A stretch of 64,000 nt of DNA from an uncultured Acidobacteriota bacterium. Its GTDB lineage: Bacteria; Acidobacteriota; Thermoanaerobaculia; Multivoradales; UBA5704. The translations under genes were made by a program, and so were the position numbers. Location: positions 480,001-544,000 of the forward strand of contig CAVYRF010000002.1 of the NCBI GenBank assembly GCA_963770895.1, in the 5' to 3' direction. Positions within the stretch are counted from its first letter, which is position 1. Every line of letters starts with the position of its first letter. Under the pieces are notes generated by a model. It saw nothing but the letters and a program-made list of their open reading frames with translations. It made no database searches and was not told the DNA's origin. Positions 36,164 through 47,419 of this stretch are shown in pieces.

Positions 36164-36818
36164 GGCCGCCGCGGTGTTCGTCAAGGAGTGGCGCTGCGAG
36201 CTGCGCACTCGCTACGCGCTCAACACCCTGGCCCTCTTCGCCATCACCACCCTGGTGGTGGTGAGCGCCAGCCTGGGCCCCCTGGGAGCCGCCCCCGGCA
36301 AGGCGAGCGAGACGCTGCCGGTCCTGCTGTGGCTCATCCTGCTGTTTGCCGCCGCCGCCGGCCTGCCGCGCTCGTTCGTCCACGAAGAGGAGTCGCAGAC
36401 CGCCACCGCCCTGCGCCTGGCGGCCACGCCGTCGGCCCTCTTCTGCGGCAAGCTGGTCTATTCGCTCACCCTGCTGGCGACCGTCGAGGCGCTGGTCACG
36501 CCGCTCTACCTGGCGGTGATGAACCTGGACGTGACGCGCCCCGGCCTGCTGGTGGTGACGCTGGCGGCGGGCGGCGTCGGCCTGGCGGCCGGGAGCACGC
36601 TGGTGGCGGCGATCATTGCCCAGGCGCGCGGCAAGGGGACGCTCTTCGCGGTGCTATCGTTTCCGGTGCTCCTGCCGCTGCTGCTGCTGGCGGTCGAGCT
36701 GACGCGCGGCGCCTTTGCCGGCGGCCCTCCAGGGGTTGCGCTGATGCAGCTTTTCCTATACGATGCGACCATCATCACCGCTGGATTCATGCTGTTCCCG
36801 GTAGTATGGAACCCGTGA
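36135..36818 (+). CDS. ccmB: Heme exporter permease
   Basis: KEWRCELRTR, RSFVHEEE, LFAVLSFPVLLPLL; multiple TM helices. Confidence 0.88.
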   Translation: MRSPSTWTAEAAAVFVKEWRCELRTRYALNTLALFAITTLVVVSASLGPLGAAPGKASETLPVLLWLILLFAAAAGLPRSFVHEEESQTATALRLAATPSALFCGKLVYSLTLLATVEALVTPLYLAVMNLDVTRPGLLVVTLAAGGVGLAAGSTLVAAIIAQARGKGTLFAVLSFPVLLPLLLLAVELTRGAFAGGPPGVALMQLFLYDATIITAGFMLFPVVWNP

Positions 36819-37537
36819 AGCGAACGATCGCCACCTGGGGTTTGTGGTTGTGGATCGCCCTGACGATCTACGGCGCCTTCGACTATGCGCCGCTGGCCGC
36901 CAAATTCATCGGCCAGTCCAGCCGCATCCTGTTCTTCCACGTGCCGATGGCGTGGTCGTCGTTCGTCGCCTTCATCGCCGCCGGCGTCTACAGCCTGCTC
37001 TACCTGTTCGGCGGCCGCCGGCAGCGGCACGACCTGGCCGCCCGCGCCGCCGTCGAGCTGGGCCTGCTGTTCGGCCTGCTGGCGACGATCACCGGCGCGC
37101 TGTGGGCGCGCATCATGTGGGGCGCCTATTGGAATTGGGACCCGCGTCAGACCTCGATCGTCCTGGCGCTGCTGTTCAACGGCGCCTACCTGGCGCTGCG
37201 CGACGCGGTGGAAGACGGCGAAAAGCGCTCTCGCCTGGCCGCCGCCTACGCCGCGCTGGGGCTGGTGGTGACGCCGTTCTTCTTCTTCGTGGTGCCGCGG
37301 ATCACCTATTCGCTGCACCCCGACGCGGTGATCAACACCCGCGGCAAGGTCGAAATGGAGCCGCGCATGCTGCTGGTGCTGCTGGCCGGCGCCGCCGGCT
37401 TCACCGCCCTCTTCTTCTGGCTGCACAGCCTGCGCACCCGCCTGCTGAGCCTGGCCGAGCGCCGCGCCGCGGCCGCGGTGCGCGCCGCCGCCCAACAGCA
37501 TCCCGACCGCATGGCAAGCGGCCAGCTGGCGAGCTGA
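36815..37537 (+). CDS. ccmC: Heme exporter/cytochrome c assembly protein
   Basis: FFHVPMAW, WWD motif WARIMWGAYWNWDPRQT, SLHP. Confidence 0.9.
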   Translation: MKRTIATWGLWLWIALTIYGAFDYAPLAAKFIGQSSRILFFHVPMAWSSFVAFIAAGVYSLLYLFGGRRQRHDLAARAAVELGLLFGLLATITGALWARIMWGAYWNWDPRQTSIVLALLFNGAYLALRDAVEDGEKRSRLAAAYAALGLVVTPFFFFVVPRITYSLHPDAVINTRGKVEMEPRMLLVLLAGAAGFTALFFWLHSLRTRLLSLAERRAAAAVRAAAQQHPDRMASGQLAS

Positions 37538-37592
37538 CGGGCGGTACACCGGTTCCCGACGACCACGACGCGACCAGGCGAAAGGTGATCAG

Positions 37593-37721
37593 ATGGCGGT
37601 AAGCGGCGGCATCCAATGGGTTTTGGCGGTCAACCTCATCATCTGGACCGGCCTGTTCCTGTACCTGCGGCGCCTGGATCGCAACCTCCGCGCACTGGAA
37701 GACAAAGAGGGCAAACCATGA
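37593..37721 (+). CDS. ccmD: Heme exporter protein D (42 aa, not in the ORF track)
   Basis: MAVSGGIQWVLAVNLIIWTGLFLYLRRLDRNLRALEDKEGKP: single TM plus charged tail between ccmC and ccmE; TGA overlaps the ccmE ATG. Confidence 0.8.
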   Translation: MAVSGGIQWVLAVNLIIWTGLFLYLRRLDRNLRALEDKEGKP

Positions 37722-38119
37722 ACAAGAACCATCGCCTCTACCTGCTGGGCGCGTTGCTGCTGCTGGTCTTCGCCGGCTTTTCGCTGACCTCGTTCCGCGA
37801 CGCCCTCACCCCCTACGTCAGCTACCAGCAGGCGCGCGACGCCAACCGCGTGGTGCAGGTGGCCGGCGCGCTGCAAAAGGGCAGCTCCGCCTTCGAATCC
37901 GCCGACAGCTCGATGCTGTTCACCCTGCGCGACCCCAAGAGCCACGACACCGTGCGGGTGCGGTACCACGGCCTGCGCCCGGCCAACTTCGAGGATGCCA
38001 TCAGCATCGTCGCCATCGGCCGCTACGACGCGCAGGCCAAGGAATTCGCCGCCAACAAGCTGCTGGTCAAGTGCCCCAGCAAGTACCAGGGAGCCGAAGT
38101 CGAAAAGACCTACAGCTGA
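37718..38119 (+). CDS. ccmE: Heme chaperone CcmE (CxxxY variant)
   Basis: N-terminal TM; C-terminal FAANKLLVKCPSKY. Confidence 0.88.
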   Translation: MNKNHRLYLLGALLLLVFAGFSLTSFRDALTPYVSYQQARDANRVVQVAGALQKGSSAFESADSSMLFTLRDPKSHDTVRVRYHGLRPANFEDAISIVAIGRYDAQAKEFAANKLLVKCPSKYQGAEVEKTYS

Positions 38120-38245
38120 GCCTCGCCGGCGACCTGGCGACCCCGGCGACCCCGGAGAGCACCGGCCGCCAGCCCGCTTCCCGGCGGCGGCCCGCACCAC
38201 CAGACCTGATGCCCTGACGGACCGACCCCGACGGAGACCGCGACC

Positions 38246-40477
38246 GTGGACTACCTGACCCACCTCTACCTGCCCGGCGCCCTGGCGCTGTGGTGCGCGC
38301 TCGCCTTCGCCGTGTCGTCGCTGTGGGGCTACACGATGGTGCTGCGCGGCGACGGCACGGCGCTCGCCTTCGCCCGCCGCTCCTACGGCTTCTTCGCCGC
38401 CGCGGTGGCGATCGCCGCCGGGCTGCTGCTGCTGCTGCTCGCCCTGCGCGACTTCCGCATCGACTACGTGTATCGCTACTCGGGGCTCGACCTGCCGGGC
38501 CACTACCAGCTGGCCGCCTTCTGGGCGGGCCAGCAGGGCAGCTTCATGATCTGGCTGATCTGGGGGGCGCTGCTCGGCCTGCCGCTGCTGCGCAGCGCCG
38601 GCCGCTCCGAACCGGGGGTGATGGGGATCTACCTGCTCACCCTGCTCGGGCTGGTCTTCATCCTGGTGCGCCAGAACCCCTTCGCCATGCGGCTGGACGC
38701 GCCGCTCGACGGCCAGGGGCTCAACCCGCTGCTGCAGGACAACTGGATGGTCATCCATCCGCCGATCATGTTCATCGGCTTCGCGCTGTCCGCGATCCCG
38801 TTTTCGTTCGCCATGGCGGCGCTGTGGACGCGGCGCTTCGACAGCTGGGCGGCGCGCGCCTTCCCCTGGGCGCTGGGCGGCTTCCTGGTCCTGGGCACCG
38901 CCATCCTGATGGGCGGCTACTGGGCCTACAAGACGCTCGGCTGGGGCGGCTTCTGGGGCTGGGACCCGGTCGAAAACGCCTCCTTCGTGCCGTTTCTGTT
39001 CGCCACCGTGCTGATTCACGGCCTCCACCTGGAGCGCACCCGCGGCCGCTACCGGCGCGCCAACTTCGTGCTCGCCACGCTGCAGTTCATGGCGGTGCTC
39101 TACGGCACCTTCCTGACCCGCTCCGGCGTGCTCGCCGACTTCTCGGTGCACAGCTTTGTCGACCTGGGCCTGTCGGGCTGGCTGGTCGGCATCATGGGCA
39201 CCTTCGCGCTGCTGTCGGCGTGGCTGCTGGCAACCCGCCTGCGCCTGGTGCCGACCGCCCCCAACGAGGACCCGGTGCTGTCGCGCGGCACCTTCATGGT
39301 CCTGGCGACCATCACCCTGGGGATCGCGGCGCTGGTCATCCTGGCGGGCACGTCGGCGCCGCTTTTGACCCGCTTCATGGCGACGCCGGGCCAGGTGGGG
39401 CCGGCGTTCTACAACCGCGTCAACCTGCCGATCGCGCTGCTGATCGCCTGGCTGCTGGCGCTGGTGCCCTACCTCACCTGGCGCGGCGAAACGGCGCCCA
39501 GGGACATCGCCCGCAAGCTCATCGGGCCGGGCATCTTCGCCCTGGCGGCGACCGTCGGCGCCGCGATCTGGCGGGTGGACCAGCCGCTGCACCTGCTGTT
39601 CGTGCTGCTCGCCACCCTGGCCTTCGCCAGCAACCTGCAAAAGGTCTGGCAGATGGCGCGCAACGGCGGCCTGGCGTCGGCAGGCGGCTACCTGGCCCAC
39701 GTCGGCGTCGGCATCATCCTGATCGGCGTGCTGGCCTCGTCGGGCTACGACCGCGGCGAAAAGGTGACCTTGGTGCGCGGCGTGCCGCAGCAGGTGGGCG
39801 ACATGAGCCTCACGTTCGTGCGCTACCTGCCGCGCCAGGGGCGCGAAAAGGAGCGCATGGAAGTCGAAGTGGCGCGCCACGGCGAACGCTTCAAGGTGTA
39901 CCCGAAGTTCTTCGTCAACCCGCGCACGCAGCAGCTGATGGTCAACCCGGACATCCGCACCTTCGCGCTGATGGACCTCTACGTATCGCCCATCGAATAC
40001 GACCCGGGCCAGCCGCGCCTGGAGCTGGCGCAGGGTGAGACCGGCGCCTTGGGACAGACCCGCGTCCACTTCGTGCGCTTCGACCTGCAGGCCGAAGGCA
40101 ACGCCATGGCCCAGATGGCGGCCGGGCGGACCATCACCATCGGCGCCACGGTCGAAGTCACCCGCGCCGGCCAGACCGTCACCGTCCGCCCGCTCTACCG
40201 CTTCAATCCGGCCGACGGCAGCGTCCAGTCTCCCAGCACGCCGCTGCCGGGCGGCGCCGCAGTGGCCATCGCCGGCATCGACGCCAGCAAGCAAAAGATA
40301 GTGCTGGACCTGCCCGGCCTGGGCACCCCCGCCAAGCTGTCGCTCGACGTCACCCGCAAGCCGCTCATCGGGTTGGTCTGGGGCGGCCTCTACGTGGTCC
40401 TGGCCGGCGGCGTCCTGTCGGCGATCCAGCGCCTGCGCCAGGCCCGCAAGCTGGAAGCGCTGGGCAAGCTGGCCTGA
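38246..40477 (+). CDS. ccmF: Cytochrome c heme lyase
   Basis: FWAGQQGS, GLNPLLQDNWMVIHPP, WGGFWGWDPVENAS, GTFLTRSG, SVHSF, GGYLAHVG. Confidence 0.93.
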   Translation: MDYLTHLYLPGALALWCALAFAVSSLWGYTMVLRGDGTALAFARRSYGFFAAAVAIAAGLLLLLLALRDFRIDYVYRYSGLDLPGHYQLAAFWAGQQGSFMIWLIWGALLGLPLLRSAGRSEPGVMGIYLLTLLGLVFILVRQNPFAMRLDAPLDGQGLNPLLQDNWMVIHPPIMFIGFALSAIPFSFAMAALWTRRFDSWAARAFPWALGGFLVLGTAILMGGYWAYKTLGWGGFWGWDPVENASFVPFLFATVLIHGLHLERTRGRYRRANFVLATLQFMAVLYGTFLTRSGVLADFSVHSFVDLGLSGWLVGIMGTFALLSAWLLATRLRLVPTAPNEDPVLSRGTFMVLATITLGIAALVILAGTSAPLLTRFMATPGQVGPAFYNRVNLPIALLIAWLLALVPYLTWRGETAPRDIARKLIGPGIFALAATVGAAIWRVDQPLHLLFVLLATLAFASNLQKVWQMARNGGLASAGGYLAHVGVGIILIGVLASSGYDRGEKVTLVRGVPQQVGDMSLTFVRYLPRQGREKERMEVEVARHGERFKVYPKFFVNPRTQQLMVNPDIRTFALMDLYVSPIEYDPGQPRLELAQGETGALGQTRVHFVRFDLQAEGNAMAQMAAGRTITIGATVEVTRAGQTVTVRPLYRFNPADGSVQSPSTPLPGGAAVAIAGIDASKQKIVLDLPGLGTPAKLSLDVTRKPLIGLVWGGLYVVLAGGVLSAIQRLRQARKLEALGKLA

Positions 40478-40510
40478 TCGGCACGTCGCCGGCAGCGCCG
40501 GCAGGCGCCT

Positions 40511-41554
40511 TCAACGCCGCCAGGGCAGCAGCCGCCGCCAGCGGCCCATGCCCGGCGCCGCCAACCCCGGCAGCGCGGCCGGCAGCTGCCGGTCCAGCAG
40601 GTCGATCCAGCACCGGCGCACCGCCTCGGGGGTGACGCCGGCGGCGCGCCGGCGGCCGTTGTCGACCATGGCCAGGTAGAGCGCCGGGTCGCCCAGCAGC
40701 CGGCCCACCGCCTGCCGCGCCTGGCGCGGCGTCGCGATCTCCAGGTAGTCCAGCGGCGATTGGCGCAGCTCGCGGAACGCCACGTCGGGCCCCAGCAGGG
40801 CGGGCACGCCCGCCAGCCAGGCGTTGCTCAGCTTGGTCGCCGGCTTGGTGTCGCCGCGCCCCAGCCGCCGCGGCCGCACCGCCACCACCAGGTCGACGTC
40901 GCGAAAGTCCGGCCATTCGAGCGCATCGCTGCGCGTCGCCCGCTCGGCGAAAGCCACCGAATCGACCACCCAGTCGATGCCCCGCGCGGCCAGAAAGTGC
41001 CGCCACGCCGCGGATCGGAAGTAAGGGTGGAGGTTGCGGTCGAAGCCCTTGTAGGCGGCGCGCGCCACCGTGGCGCCGCGCGCCGGGTCGCGCGGCAAAA
41101 GCCCCGGCTGCGGCCAGTGCGGCACGAAGAAGCTGCGCCGGCCGTCGGCCGTGCGCGCGTTCTGCACCACCTCGAAATCCGCCACCGCCGCCGCCTTGAG
41201 ATCGCCGCGGATGCCCACCAGCACGCGGGCCTCGCTGCCGACGTCGCCGCCGCCCGCTCCACGCCCGCTCGCCGCCGCCCCGCCCGCCTGGCGCCCAGCC
41301 CTGCGCCCCCGCGGCGCGCTCTCTGCGTCGACCAGCCGCTCGACCACCTGCCGCTGCTTGGAATGGAAGACCACCAGCCCCGCCGCCGGCAGGGTTGCCG
41401 CGAGCCGCGCCGGATAGCCGGCCTGCGCCAGCCGCAGCCAGGTTTGCAGCACCCAGGCGCGCTCGCCGCGCTGCAGCTCCCGCCAGTCGCGATCGGGGTC
41501 CAGGCCGCGCAGCCGCTCCAGCTCGGGGTCGTCGAGGAAAAACGTCACCTGCAC
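40511..41554 (-). CDS. Glycosyltransferase-like protein (GT-B C-terminal similarity)
   Basis: C-terminal part of ORF 40511..42397; KPATKLSNAWLAGVPALLG, LYLAMVDNGRRRA; start uncertain. Confidence 0.6.
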   Translation of the reverse strand: MQVTFFLDDPELERLRGLDPDRDWRELQRGERAWVLQTWLRLAQAGYPARLAATLPAAGLVVFHSKQRQVVERLVDAESAPRGRRAGRQAGGAAASGRGAGGGDVGSEARVLVGIRGDLKAAAVADFEVVQNARTADGRRSFFVPHWPQPGLLPRDPARGATVARAAYKGFDRNLHPYFRSAAWRHFLAARGIDWVVDSVAFAERATRSDALEWPDFRDVDLVVAVRPRRLGRGDTKPATKLSNAWLAGVPALLGPDVAFRELRQSPLDYLEIATPRQARQAVGRLLGDPALYLAMVDNGRRRAAGVTPEAVRRCWIDLLDRQLPAALPGLAAPGMGRWRRLLPWRR

Positions 41555-41589
41555 GAGCGCATGCTCGACACTGGCAGCCCGGTCACCTG

Positions 41590-42333
41590 TCAGGCGCCGA
41601 CGGCGAGCCGGTCGGCCAGGGGGTGCGGCAGGCCGGCTTTCAGGATCCTCTTCTGGGCGGTGCCGATCGGGTAGGTCACGCGGTACCAGCGCACCACCCG
41701 GCGGTCGCTGTCGTAGGTCATGTAGGAGGCGCGCGGGTCGCGGTCGCGGGGCTGGCCGATCGAGCCGGGGTTGATCAGGTAGCGGCCGTCGGGATCGAGC
41801 ACGATCCTGCCGCTGCCGCCGCGCAGCGCGGTCACGCCCAGCCGACGGCCCTCCAGCGAGAACAGCGACGGGATGTGGGTGTGGCCGAAGAACGTCACCG
41901 GCATGGTGTAGGCCGAAAAGATCTCGAACGCGTCGATGTCCGAGAACACGTAGGTGTCCTCGTCGAGCGGCGAGCCGTGGCAGATGGCGATGCCGGGACC
42001 GACCGAGAGCGGGCCTTCCGGCAGGTCGCGCACGTATCGCAAGTTGGCGGCGGTCAGCCGCTCCATGGTCCACTGCGCGGCGGCAAGGGCGGTCTGATTG
42101 AAGTTGATGCCGGCCTCCAGGCCCGAGGCGACCTTGTCGTGGTTGCCGCGCACCACCATCAGCCGCGGCGCCAGCTGCCGCACCGCCTCCACCACCTGGT
42201 TGGGCGCCGCGCCGTAGCCCACCAGGTCGCCCAGGACCAGCACGGCGTCGAAGCGCTTGCGCCGCGCCCGCCGCAGGACGACTTCGAAGGCGTCCCAGTT
42301 GGCGTGCATGTCCGACAGGATCAGATAGCGCAT
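41590..42333 (-). CDS. Metallophosphoesterase (YfcE/MJ0936-like)
   Basis: SDMHAN, LGDLVGYG, RGNHD, HGSP, GHTH, NPGSIGQPRD. Confidence 0.9.
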   Translation of the reverse strand: MRYLILSDMHANWDAFEVVLRRARRKRFDAVLVLGDLVGYGAAPNQVVEAVRQLAPRLMVVRGNHDKVASGLEAGINFNQTALAAAQWTMERLTAANLRYVRDLPEGPLSVGPGIAICHGSPLDEDTYVFSDIDAFEIFSAYTMPVTFFGHTHIPSLFSLEGRRLGVTALRGGSGRIVLDPDGRYLINPGSIGQPRDRDPRASYMTYDSDRRVVRWYRVTYPIGTAQKRILKAGLPHPLADRLAVGA

Positions 42334-42836
42334 CGCCTCTCCCGCAGCAGCAGGGCGAGCCGCGCCGCCACCTCGTCCGGCGCCTCGCCAGGCGCAATGT
42401 CCACCGTCAGGTCGGCGCGGCGATAGACCGGCAGCCGCTGCTGGTAGAGCGCCAGCACCTGTGCTTCGTCGCGAAACAGCGGCCGGTCCCCCTTGCCGAG
42501 CGCGCCGATGCGCTTGACGATGGTGGCAAACGAGGGGTTCAGCCACACCGACAGCCCGGCGCCGCGGATCACCCGCGCTCCCAGCTCGGAGGTCATCGTG
42601 CCGCCACCGGTCGCAATCACCACATCCTCCTGTGCCGCCAGCGCCTCCAACGCGGCCAGCTCCAGCTGGCGGAAGGCCGGCTCGCCCTGCGCCGCGAAGA
42701 TCTCGCGCACGGTGGCGCCGGCCCGGCGCTCCAGCTCGTCGTCGAGATCGGCAAAGCGCAGGCCGATCCGCTCCGCCAGCAGCCGTCCGACCGTGGTCTT
42801 GCCGGCGCCCATGAACCCGGTCAGGAAGATGCGCAT
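42321..42836 (-). CDS. aroK: Shikimate kinase
   Basis: GFMGAGKTTVG, DLD, GEPAFRQLE, VIATGGG, RPL. Confidence 0.93.
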   Translation of the reverse strand: MRIFLTGFMGAGKTTVGRLLAERIGLRFADLDDELERRAGATVREIFAAQGEPAFRQLELAALEALAAQEDVVIATGGGTMTSELGARVIRGAGLSVWLNPSFATIVKRIGALGKGDRPLFRDEAQVLALYQQRLPVYRRADLTVDIAPGEAPDEVAARLALLLRERRCAI

Positions 42837-43521
42837 CGTTCCGCCGCCGCGGCGTGCACGGCTGCCGCCCCGAGCAGCCGCCGGCAGTTGGCGCGCACGT
42901 CGCCGCGGCACACGGCGCTGAGCACCACCGCCGCGTCGGCGCCGGCGGCAAGCACCGCCGCCACGGTGCGCTCGTCCAAGCCGCCGATGGCGACCAGGGG
43001 CTTGGCCGTCCGCGCCCGCGCCTGGCGCACGAAATCGAGGCCCACGGCCGGGTCCGGCGGGCCGGAGCGCTTGCTGGCCGTAGGAAAGATCGGCCCCACT
43101 GCAATCAGATCGACGTCGGGGTCGGCGTCGGCCGCCGCGAGCTGCGCCGCGTCGTGCGTCGACTGGCCGATCCAGCAGGCGCCGCCGACCACCCGGCGGA
43201 CCGCCGCCGGCGGCAGGTCGTCCTGCCCCACGTGCACGCCGGCCACCGGAAAGAGCGCCGCCAGGTCGGCGCGGTCGTCCACCCACAGCCGGGCGCCGCT
43301 GCCCTCGATGGCGCGGCAGCAGCCGGCGACCACTTCATGCCACTGCCGCCCGGTCAACAGCTTGCCGCGGATCTGGATGGTCGGGATGCCGGCTTCCGCC
43401 ATCGCCGCCACCGCACCGGGCAGCGCCGCGGGCGACAGGATCCCGGCGTCGGCGATCGCATAGACCGGACCCGGCGCGGGACCGGTGTTGGCGCGGGGGA
43501 CGGGGGGGGCCGGGCGGACGG

Positions 43522-43525
<4 letters not shown>
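42821..43525 (-). CDS. thiE: Thiamine phosphate synthase
   Basis: [42 protein letters not shown]. Confidence 0.9.
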
Positions 43526-44892
<1,367 letters not shown>

Positions 44893-44931
44893 TGCGCGGT
44901 CGTGCCGGAAGACTGGCGCGGCGGCCGGCGG

Positions 44932-45489
<558 letters not shown>

Positions 45490-45507
45490 TGTCTCCCCCG
45501 AGCCGCT

Positions 45508-45864
45508 TCATGTCAGTTCCTGTTCGAGCGCCAGCCGGGCCCGCCGCAGCTCGAACCTGGCGCGGCCGTAATTGCCGTCGGGCCCCAGGACCAGCAGCAA
45601 ATAGTAATCGCGGGTCACCGCGCTGACGATCAACGTCATGCGGTTGGTCAGGATCGACAGCTGCTGCACCTCGCCGACGTCCAGGTCGCGGTGATTTTCG
45701 GTGATCGAGCGCGCCTGCGACACCAGCTCGGCGGCAAGCACCTCGATATCCAGATCCGGGTCCGAGCTGACGGATTCCACCGGAATGCCGTCGCGGGCCA
45801 CCAGGGACAGGGCGAGCACGCCGCCGATCTGGTCGCTGATACGGCTCAGCTGCTCAAGGAACAT
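45508..45864 (-). CDS. Roadblock/LC7 (MglB-like) protein
   Basis: SLVARDGIPVE, NYGRARFELRR; 118 aa. Confidence 0.82.
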   Translation of the reverse strand: MFLEQLSRISDQIGGVLALSLVARDGIPVESVSSDPDLDIEVLAAELVSQARSITENHRDLDVGEVQQLSILTNRMTLIVSAVTRDYYLLLVLGPDGNYGRARFELRRARLALEQELT

Positions 45865-47179
45865 GAGGGCTCCTCACCTGCCGCAGGCGCGTCAGATAGC
45901 CTTGCAAGAGATACGCCTTGCGGGATGCCGGCGAGGCGTTGGGATCGTCCAGCCCGGCGAGCAGGTGCGCAGCTTCGAGCGGCTGCCGGCGGCGATCGAT
46001 TTCGGCCAGCGCCGCCAGGGCCGCGGCGTTGCCGGGATCGCGATCCACCACCTCGCGGAAGATCCGCTCCGCCTCGCTCAAGTGTCCCTGGCGCAGATAC
46101 AGCTCGCCCAGGGTCGCCGTTTCCAACGGTCCGGGCGCCTGCGCCGCGGCCTGCAGGTGCATCGCCGCGGCCTCGCGCCAAGGCTCCGCCGGCGCCGGCG
46201 CGGCAGCCTGCTCCACCACTGGCTGCGGCTGCGGCGCGGGCTCTGCCAGCCGAGGCGGCGGCGCTGCCAGCTGAGGCGCCGGCTCTGCCGCCTGTGGCTC
46301 GGGCTCTGCCGGCTGCGGCGCGGGCGACGGCAGCTCGAAGGCGAAGATCTGCTCGGCGGCCAGGCTGGTCAGGTAGGCGTGGAAGCTGTGGTCGGGCGCA
46401 AGGTCGGGGAAGGGCTCCTCATCGCTCCCCTGGCCCCTGGGGAAGGGACGGCCCGCGCCGGCGGCGGCCGGCGTTTGCGCCGTTTGCGGCATTGCCGCCG
46501 CTTGCGGCAAGGCCGGCGGCGCCGCGGTCACCGGTGCCGCAGCCGCTGCCGGGGCGGAGGCGGCTGCCGCCGGTTCCGGCAGGGCGGGAGGGGGGCCCAG
46601 GTCGAAGATGCCCTGGTCGAGGTCAAGGGGCCGGTCCGGCTGGGCCGGGCCGAGGTCGAAGACCTCCGCGGGCTGGCCGACCGATCCGTCTGGCGTGCCG
46701 CTTCCATCCATGGGCGACCTCTCTGCCTGCTCTTCCGGGTGCGGTTCATCCGGCACCCGGGCAGAACGGCTCATCGCCACGACCCGCCGGCGCAGCTCGT
46801 CAATCTCCGGGTCGCTGTCGTTCAACAGGCTGTACAGGTCCAGGCGCTGCCGCGCGCGCTCGGGGTCTCCGACGTCGAGACAGGCCCGCACCAGCAGCTT
46901 GTTGGCCACCATCTGCGTGGCATCCTGCTGCACCACCCGCTCCAGCACCGTGCGCGCTCCTTCGGCGTCCCCCAGCTCCAGCAGGCACCGCCCCTTGGCG
47001 ACCAGGGCAGACAGGTAGCCGGGGTGCTCCTTGAGCCCGCGGTCCAGCACTTCGAGCGCTTCCTGCACGCGTCCCAGGTGCCGGTACTCCTCCGCCAGCT
47101 GCAGGAACACCCGCGACGAAGGGTCCCCCTGCCAGCGCGCCCGCAGTTGGGTAAGACGGTCGGGGAATCCGTCGCTCAT
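45854..47179 (-). CDS. TPR protein with Pro/Ala-rich linker and C-terminal TPR
   Basis: DPSSRVFLQLAEEYR, HPGYLSA, TATLGELYLRQGH. Confidence 0.82.
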   Translation of the reverse strand: MSDGFPDRLTQLRARWQGDPSSRVFLQLAEEYRHLGRVQEALEVLDRGLKEHPGYLSALVAKGRCLLELGDAEGARTVLERVVQQDATQMVANKLLVRACLDVGDPERARQRLDLYSLLNDSDPEIDELRRRVVAMSRSARVPDEPHPEEQAERSPMDGSGTPDGSVGQPAEVFDLGPAQPDRPLDLDQGIFDLGPPPALPEPAAAASAPAAAAAPVTAAPPALPQAAAMPQTAQTPAAAGAGRPFPRGQGSDEEPFPDLAPDHSFHAYLTSLAAEQIFAFELPSPAPQPAEPEPQAAEPAPQLAAPPPRLAEPAPQPQPVVEQAAAPAPAEPWREAAAMHLQAAAQAPGPLETATLGELYLRQGHLSEAERIFREVVDRDPGNAAALAALAEIDRRRQPLEAAHLLAGLDDPNASPASRKAYLLQGYLTRLRQVRSPHVP

Positions 47180-47250
47180 GCGCCGCCATCCGCCAGGCAG
47201 CAGCAGCTCATCAAGTCGGTGGCGTTGGCGGCGGCTGGCAAAGTGGCGGC

Positions 47251-47259
47251 ATTATAGCA
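47251..47259 (-). promoter_or_regulatory. Extended -10 promoter (TGcTATAAT) for the TPR-roadblock-acc operon
   Basis: Consensus TGnTATAAT on the minus strand about 70 nt upstream of ATG 47179. Confidence 0.5.
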
Positions 47260-47381
47260 GCAGGAGCCCGCCCCCAAAGCCCCTTCCACCAATAATGGCC
47301 GGTAGTTACGCACCGGCGCCCGGATCGCCGCGAGCGCGGCCGGACCGGCAACCGGCCCGGCCGCGGCGGAAAGAGCGCCGC

Positions 47382-47411
47382 GTGGCGACCCGGCGGATGC
47401 CGGGTCGCCAC
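47382..47411 (-). terminator. Perfect 13-bp hairpin after the last Ig-domain lipoprotein gene
   Basis: GTGGCGACCCGGC-ggat-GCCGGGTCGCCAC, 8 nt past the stop at 47420; no U-tract. Confidence 0.6.
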
Positions 47412-47419
47412 CAGTGGGT

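Noticed and set aside
46221-46325. Imperfect 21-nt tandem repeats
   Set aside because: They encode a QxAEPxP-type Pro/Ala linker inside the TPR gene; no spacers, so not CRISPR
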